A stretch of DNA of 62,947 nt, the filler included, from Conidiobolus incongruus B7586 (Eukaryota), in assembly GCA_000697335.1 (NCBI GenBank). It is 5 parts of 5 records of this genome, joined end to end, with 100 filler letters (N's around TTAATTAATTAA, not from the genome) between each part and the next. Parts side by side here need not be neighbours in the genome. Positions count along the whole stretch, not along the records: positions 30,267 to 57,635 come from JNEM01006244.1; positions 57,736 to 62,947 come from JNEM01006252.1; 3 more parts are not named here. One strand, written 5' to 3'. Below the pieces are notes generated by a model, which saw only the letters and a program-made list of their open reading frames with translations, had not been told where the DNA came from and ran no database searches. Made by a program: the position numbers and the translations under genes. Positions 55,201-62,947 of the stretch are shown one piece after another; position 1 is the stretch's first letter; every line of letters begins with the position of its first letter.

Positions 55201-55740
55201 CTTTACTTGGCACACTATCTGAATAAGATCATCACTCAAACTAATCGTCCGGTCTCCGCTACTGGATATATTTTTCTTTTGGACGACGCTTGCTTCCACG
55301 TGATTATCCCCGAATATGGGCTTGAAGAAGTATTCAAATTTGAAAACAATTTCAACTATTCAGTCTTAGAATCTCATCCCACCAAGGTCACCTTCTGGGT
55401 CAAAGATGAACTCGATTTCGTCAAAAACAAGCCGATAATCGCTCAAAATGCATCAATTACACCCTCCGATAGTCTAACTGAAGATAACAGTGGTGTGTCT
55501 ACACCAACTACTCCAGTTAACCAAGCTTCTAATAAGAAATCCAAGAGTGGACCCCGTGTCGTCTGTAATGATGAGACAATGTCTATCGAAACGCTCGCTA
55601 AGCTCCAGGCTGAAGGCAAAAAGTTTACATCTACAACTATCAAGTTATTCCAACCAGTCCCTATCCTCTTAACAGTATCCATGCATCATATCATCCCCAG
55701 GATCCATATTCACTTGGACGATATCCCTGCTGACCGTTAA
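52272..55740 (+). CDS. DIS3L2: RNase II/RNB exoribonuclease Dis3L2, 3 exons
   Basis: ORFs 52272, 52941 and 53335 join via introns ~52888-52938 and ~53208-53259; NRALHGD, FTIDPETARDLDDA (catalytic Asp intact), GVHIADV, LIEEFMLLAN, HYALN..YTHFTSPIRRYPD; no PIN domain. Confidence 0.9.
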
Positions 55741-56422
55741 TCTAATTTGAATTTTTATCTATTACTACTAGTTTTTTATTTTTTTTATAGTAGTGAATAT
55801 ATTTTGAAAAAATTCAAATTGAATGCAATCTCTCAATTAGCTATAATAAATTTATTCTTAAGAATTTATTTTTTTGTAAATTTTGATTATATATTTTATT
55901 AAATTGGCAACTGATTTTGACTTAATTGTATACGATTATATTTTAAATTCATTAACGTTATTATGTAATTGGTAACTATGAATCTATTCTCCCATACCAA
56001 CTCACCCATACGATTTGCAATATGAACTTTTGAATTTGGTTAGAGTCATAGTCTGTGAGATTCGGTAGCTATCATATATATTGTTATATTAAGCCATTTT
56101 AATATAAAAGTTAGATTGATACTTTTTTGAGAGTAAATTAGGAAACTTTAATATTTTGGTCATTACAATTTTGTGCATAGGCTACTGTAACCTTGCTAAA
56201 AAATTCTAAGTATTAAAATTATTATAATGTTAGTATAATAGAAAAAAATTATAAAATTTTATAATTTAATCCTAATAATGTAACTGAATAAAGCATGAAC
56301 GAAGTTCAAATTTATTTCAAAATTATAAGTACAAAAGTTATTTCGTTGTATTTGATCCAATCAATAAATCACAATGAAACTGGTATAAAATAAAATGACA
56401 ATATAGAAAGCATTTGGATGAA

Positions 56423-56557
56423 CTAGTGAGTTCCTCCAAGACCTCCAGGAGCGCCGACAGGGAGTGGAACTGCACTTAGAACTGAATCTGCCCCGGCTAG
56501 AGGAGCGGGAGCACTTGCAACAAGGGCGATTAAGGCAGTAAAGGTAAGCAATTTCAT
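56423..56557 (-). CDS. 44-aa secreted micropeptide MKLLTFTALIALVASAPAPLAGADSVLSAVPLPVGAPGGLGGTH
   Basis: ORF exactly fills a GC-rich island; signal peptide; TATATAAAG on the minus strand at 56622-56630. Confidence 0.8.
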   Translation of the reverse strand: MKLLTFTALIALVASAPAPLAGADSVLSAVPLPVGAPGGLGGTH

Positions 56558-57114
56558 GATGATTAAACAATTAATTAATAATGCAACAATATAATAGATT
56601 AGTACTTGAATTGCTGTATGACTTTATATAGTAAATTATTAAGATGATCTATTGATAGTTTCCAAATCGAATCTCAACAACGATTTCCTAAAATTTATGG
56701 GGGAGTTGTTTAGTTAATCTTTTAAAGATTATTTCAATCATCAGAGTACCCAAGAATGTCAGTTTTGTATTTATATGTTTATCTTTCGTGTTTAAAATAA
56801 CTTAAAATATATTTCAAAGATTATATTAAACAAAAATCAATATTATAATTTAGATTTGTAATATAATTTATATGTTATTAATTTAAAAATTACAATGTAA
56901 AATTTACTCAGCTAAAATTGAATTACTTAACTTTCAAGAGAAAACCTAATGAATTTATTTAATTTTAAATATCTATTTGAATTTATAAGATGTACCTCAA
57001 TTGATAATATAAAAGTGTTACTTAACTGATACTTTAACACTTCTGAATCAAATGCAATATTCTAAAAATCAATAGAGATATAAATTAATGGAATAGAGTA
57101 TTTTGTTAGATTAT

Positions 57115-57635
57115 TAATTCAGAGAGAAAAAAATAGCATATATTTTAATTTCTGATTTTTCAAATCTATTGTTAGTTTTGAAAAATTAGTTATATATATA
57201 TATCATTCATAATTATTTTCCAATTAAAATATTTTTAATTAAATATTCAAAGCTAAATTTAATAGTATATAAATTAAAGAGTGGCTATCAAAAGTCTTTT
57301 ATTTTAGTATTATCAAAACCCAATTATAAACTTTTTAAAATTATATAAGATTTCTAATTTATAAAAATAATCTTTTATCTAAAATTATAATATATTAATA
57401 GATTTGCCACTTTAAAATTAAAAAAGACATTATTTAAAATCTATTTAAATTTAAAAAATTAATTTGTATTATTATGTTTCATTTATTAATAAAATAAAAA
57501 TATATTAAAAGATACTTTTTTAATTAAAGAACTATCAAATTAATTAAGTATTAATTATATAAATATATTATATATATTCAAGTTTTAACTTAAATTAATC
57601 TATAATAATATAAAATAAATTCTTTATAATTTAAC
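57115..57635. repeat. Dispersed AT-rich repeat, copy C (runs into the gap)
   Basis: Colinear with 23925-24440. Confidence 0.7.
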
Positions 57636-57735
57636 NNNNNNNNNNNNNNNNNNNNNNNNNNNNNNNNNNNNNNNNNNNNTTAATTAATTAANNNNNNNNN
57701 NNNNNNNNNNNNNNNNNNNNNNNNNNNNNNNNNNN
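57636..57735. other. Assembly linker
   Basis: N44-TTAATTAATTAA-N44. Confidence 0.97.
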
Positions 57736-58079
57736 GAGTATTTTATAATTTATATCAAAAATCATAATATATACCAAATACATACAAATGATAGATTAAC
57801 TGGCATTTTGTTCAGAAATTTCTGATTGAATACATATAATAATTTACTAAGTATTATTTCATAAATATGAAAATATATTGTTTAATGAATAATATATTTA
57901 AAAAATCTTATTACCTACATGATTATTCAATGAATAAATTTACAAAAACTAAAACCAAATTTCAAATTTTAATTGTGTGTAAAGGATGATTGGAAGAATG
58001 TTTTATATGTAAAATTGATAAAGGTCAAGTCAAAAAATATTAGTATAAATATTTTTATAGTATATAGTGTAATAACAAT

Positions 58080-59758
58080 CTATTCAAAGGACTTGGGCTT
58101 CTCTATTAACGGAATTGAAATCTTGGCGAATCCATTCCTGCCAAATTTGGTGCGCTCCCACCTACCGTGAGCGAAATGCTGACCAACTGCCATAAGAAGG
58201 TGAACCGTTGGAGGAACTCCCTCGAGATCTGCCTTGGATGACGTGTTAACCATTTGAATTCTACCAGCGTTGATGTAGCCCGGTAATTCATAATCGAATA
58301 AATGTTCGATGTGAAATTTGTCCTGGATGTGAATTTTCCAGAATTTGATTTGACCGTTGTAGCTTCCGGTGACGACCATATCTGTATAGGGGCAGATTGC
58401 GAGACTGAGGATGGGGTAAGGCTGTAAATTTTCGGAGTTGATACCATGGGCTACTGGAAATGTAAAAATGGGCTTTTTACGGGTTAAACTCCAGATAGAA
58501 ATGGATCCAGAATCGCCACCGGAGACGAAGTGCTCTTCGTCAATGTGACTACAGCAGTCTAAACTACCTTCCATAAATTTGAGTATTTTGCCGCCTTTAA
58601 TGTCATTGGAATCTTCCAAGTGGGATAAATTGTCGACGATGGGTTCGAGAGTTTGTGAAAGGTCGAAATCTTTGGGGAGAACGTATTTGGATTGAGTGCC
58701 TGCACGGAAGATCAATTGTCCACTATTGACAATTTGCCAACATCTTAAAGTTCTATCACGACCACCGACAGAAATACATTGTTCTTTAGCAAGACTGGAA
58801 AGGGATAAGATCCCATCCTGGTGACCGTATAACGTTTCAACATAACCCATGGATTCAATATTCCAAACCTTAATCATTCTATCCAATGAACATGAGTATA
58901 AATCCAGAGAATTTTGTCTAAAACTCAACCCCGTAACACTATCTTTATGCTGTTTCAAAACTCCCTTATATTCCAACTCTGGTAATGTCCATATAATAAT
59001 ATTCTTATCCTTACCACCACTAGCCAAATATTTACCATCTGAGGAAATAGCCAAACATAGAATATGGTCAGTGTGACCTTGAAATTTTTTAGCACCTCTA
59101 CGACCGCCTTGAATTGTTTTCTTTTTTGTCAAAGTTTCAAAATCCCATTGAATAATAGAATTATCTAAAGATCCCGTATAGATATATTTGTTGTCATTAT
59201 CGGCTATGATGCAACTAACCGGAGATTGATGACATTTTTTAAACTTGTATTGGATATCTTCTTTGGGAGGTAGTTGATCTGCTAATAGTAAGTTGAGAAC
59301 ACCTTCCGTTTCCAACTAGACAAGTTGATTAATTCTAATGAATGAGTATTGAATAAGAGGGCTTGAAACTTACGACGTCTCTATATAATCTCGAAGCAAT
59401 AATTTCCTTATCGATTTCTTTAGCGTCCACTTCCAAAGCATCTTCAGCTAATTTCAAATTAATCTAATTATATATAATAAAACCAAAATAAAATACCTGT
59501 AGGAGCTTTCAACCCGTCCAAATATAATTTAGCCAATCGAAGTCTTTTTTCTTCGGCAGTTTCTTCAATTTCATCGTCATCGTCGCTTTCTTCCAAATGA
59601 GTATTATCACCTTCGGACTCTTCGTCGGAACTCACCCTCTGGGCTAAAGCTTGGTCCAACTGTAAATTCTTTTTGAGGGTTTGGTTCCTCTTACGCTTTT
59701 GAGTACTTCCATAGGATTTGTTAGTGGGAGTTTTCTTTTTAAAAAAGGGATCTACCAT
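58080..59758 (-). CDS. RRP9: U3 snoRNP WD40 protein Rrp9/U3-55K, 3 exons
   Basis: MVDPFF, ETAEEKRLRLAKLYL, EIDKEIIASRL, WD40 repeats, YVETLYGHQD, VGGRDRT, C-terminal GRW. Confidence 0.93.
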
Positions 59759-59980
59759 TTTGATTAAATTGGGATCGAATTATTAAATGGTTTGTCTATA
59801 ATCGATTCTATGTATTATGTATAATAAATTTTAAAATTTAAATAAGCTTTTTAAATTTCAAAAATATATATTAAAAGTCTATTAATAATAATAATTTAGA
59901 TTATTCAACATTGAATTTAATTTTAAAAAATATTTTTTTGAGTTTATGAATTTATAAATACATTAACATAATATCTAAAA

Positions 59981-59989
59981 TTATGGGAT
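59981..59989 (-). promoter_or_regulatory. Candidate promoter motif ATCCCATAA (RRP9 / CAP59-like divergent promoter)
   Basis: Exact copy 223 bp upstream of the RRP9 ATG. Confidence 0.6.
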
Positions 59990-60265
59990 ATCTCTATTTG
60001 AATCAAATTTAAGGGTAAAATTAATTTTAATATTAAATAAATTTAACACCCCGAACTCCACAATAGAATTTAACTCGCTAAAATAATTGTTTAAGACTGA
60101 TCTTTAATTCACTTGAAAATAATATAATTAGAATATCGCTTGCTAAAATCGTTGTGGAGCACTTTTTAATATCTAACTTGAATATAGTATAAATATCATA
60201 TTTACTCAAACTATTCGTTCCTTCTACAAAACCATTTAACATATAACACAAAAGAAGACTAATTA

Positions 60266-61718
60266 ATGAATTTTATAAAAAATATTCAAAACAGAATACA
60301 AAGTAATATTAACTTATAGTATTTTAAATCATTTTACTTATTATTAAAGTCTAGATTTCAATTTGAATTCTCGTTACCGTTATGAACCCTTAATTCCAAC
60401 TAAATCTACACTAAAGAAATGTCTATCTAACCTAATCACCCCAGTAGTATTCATATCCACTTCGATTTTAGTATTTCTCTTTGGTAGTATAACCCAAAAA
60501 ATCGAATATTTTTTATTACTTAAATTTTTCTTTTGGGTCGCTATCGTTCAATTATTATTGAAGTGTGTTAAAGGTACGATGAAGATGTGGTTAGGATTTT
60601 TTGGAATAGCTATCAGTTTTGTAATGTATTGGCAGAATAGATACTATTATTTTCACAACTTTCCCAATGTTCTAGAGTTGGAGAATAATAAAGAAAATCA
60701 GATGTTTAATTTGGAAGCTAGTAAACCTCAGCCTAGATTCTTTATAGCTGCGAATATTTACAACAATCAAGATATATTACCGGATTGGCAAGCTCAAGTC
60801 TACCGATTGGTGGAAGTATTCGGTCACGAAAATGTTCATATTTCTATCGTTGAAAACAATAGTAATGACAATACCAAATTTATTTTGAAAGATTGGGAAT
60901 CTTATCTTAAAGCTAATAATGTCCCCAATACTATTGAGCTCGGCTATAATGAAAATCCTGAAATTCCAAGAAACAATGGAGGGGACGAAAGAATTATGCG
61001 ATTGGCAGATGTTCGCAACAGAGTACTTGAACCTCTATTCCATTTGAGGAGTGAAGGAAAGGAATTCGATTATATAATTTTCCTGAATGATATCATATTT
61101 TTTGCTGAAGATATTCTAGAATTGGTTAATAGTAATAAGGGTAACTACGATATGGTATGCGGTTTCGATTTTATGGATAGAATGTACGATCTCTGGGTAG
61201 CCAGAGATTCTGAGGGTAAAATGTTGAGTCATCAATTTCCATATTTCAAAAACCCCAGAGACAAGAAATTGGTGTATGATGACCAGTTGGTTCCAGTTTA
61301 TTCATGTTGGAACGGTGCTATCGTCATGAATACCGATATGATTTATAAATATTGGAAGTACTCCGGCAACAATGAACCCAATCCTATCTCTTTTCGTCAT
61401 CGTAATCTTACCAATGTCACACGTGAAACCTTTAGCGATCCCAGCCATGAGTGCTACTCATCCGAATGCTTCTTAATTTTTTACGACTTTCGCCAAAAGC
61501 TCAAATCTAAGGAATTAGAGCCTCTCAAAGTGTATATGAATCCCAAGGTGACAGTTGCTTACCAATGGTATGTGTATGTCCTATGGCGTGAATTACACCA
61601 AAGTTTCATTTGGAGATATTATAAATATTACTTTACAGATACTACAGATGAATCCAATTTATTGGGAACAATTCCCAATTTTAATAACGAATATGAATGT
61701 ATGAATAATAAAGGATAA
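60266..61718 (+). CDS. CAP59/CMT1-family (GT69) alpha-1,3-mannosyltransferase-like protein
   Basis: Start exon 60266-60302, intron 60303-60354; N-terminal TM helices; FFIAANIYNN, SIVENNSND, RLADVRNRVLEP, FLNDI, YDLWVARD, VYSCWNG, SECFL. Confidence 0.88.
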
Positions 61719-62947
61719 TTTATGGAGTTGATTCACTTTGATTGGGTTTATCGTGTTGATAGCTTTATTGTTATTTCCAAAATTTATTAATTAATAAATA
61801 ACAAATAATAATATGATCCAATATCATAATTATAAATATTAATATGATTTTAACCCAGTGTCTGAAAAAATAATACTATACTTTAATAGAATGGATTTGA
61901 ATTAGATTGTTAAACTTAATTTTTGAGTTTTGATAAAAATAAAACCAAATTGAAACAAAATCATATATTCTACTTTATGCATTTTTGAAGAGTAATATTA
62001 GAAAATCTTCCAAGGTAAGATAAATTGAATATTCATTAGATTTAATAAACTGTTCAAGGACCTTTAATGATAATATATACAAACTATATAAGATATTGCT
62101 TATATGCACTTATTATATTTATTTTTTTTATTTAATAAATTATTAATTGAAAAATATAAAGATTTTAATAAAATAAATAATATAGGTTGACAATAAGTTA
62201 TGACTTGGTGTCAAGAATTAGGTAAAAAGTTGAATATTATACCAGTTGGATATACCAAGAGGCAGGAATATTGGAATTATAACTTGGATTGCTTGTAAAT
62301 CATAAATATCCACAATGTCAATAATAAAAGATTTCAAAGATTTAATATTATCTTGGTTTTTGACTTAATTACCAATTAATAAGTAATAACTAAAAATTTA
62401 AATAATTAATGGATTTGTAATAAAAAAAGGTTTTTTATTATAGTGCTCTTAACTAAAATGATATGTCCAAGGTAATTCATAGATTATAGCTCACTTTCTA
62501 AAGGGTTAAAGTTCATTATAATTGAAATAAAAGCTATGGATAGCTAATAAGGTTTTGCAATATATAAGTGAATCAAGAATGATAACAATATCAAATAATA
62601 TCATAGAAATAGCTTTATTATCAAAATACTTGCCTATAATATATATAAAAACTTTAACTAAGAAAATATTTAAATTTTTCAAAAATTCATAATTATAAAA
62701 CTATTTTTTATTTTAAATAAAAAGAAATATTTGGTTTATATTTAAAATTAATATAAAATTATAAAATAATTAAATTATCTTATATTTATAATTAATATTG
62801 TCTTTATATATTTATTTATAATTATTTAAATAAGTAGAAATTCTAATGTTCAATGATTTTAAATAAAATTTATATTATATTTTTATTTTTTTTATTTTAT
62901 TATTTAAAATATCATAATTAATATTATTTAAACAATTATAAATTATT

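Noticed and set aside
56361..56570. 69-aa Cys/Arg-rich ORF from the track
   Set aside because: TTG start; an alternative frame of the ATG-initiated 44-aa signal-peptide ORF, which fits the GC island better.

Overview
Very AT-rich, intron-rich eukaryotic DNA. The gene set (fused HisHF, TVP18, LOA1, CAP59/GT69, DIS3L2, a BORCS7-like gene) and ~45-80 nt introns point to a fungus, probably an early-diverging lineage such as Zoopagomycota/Conidiobolus-like (inference only). Four 100-nt N/TTAATTAATTAA/N spacers are assembly linkers, so adjacency across them is unproven. The window holds a full-length dead Ty3/Gypsy element (1054-6562) nested in a dispersed repeat, a HIS7 pseudogene, about 16 intact protein genes, 3 tRNA genes, two further LTRs (one 10 bp upstream of tRNA-Val), a 44-aa secreted micropeptide missed by the ORF track, and several decayed gene relics. 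Main leads: (1) RIP-like C:G->T:A hypermutation with CpA/TpG bias in the Gypsy element and HIS7; (2) a TTATGGGAT/ATCCCATAA motif 100-220 bp upstream of most housekeeping genes; (3) a tRNA-adjacent LTR next to a B-box-mutated tRNA; (4) the micropeptide. All counts and alignments were made by eye.
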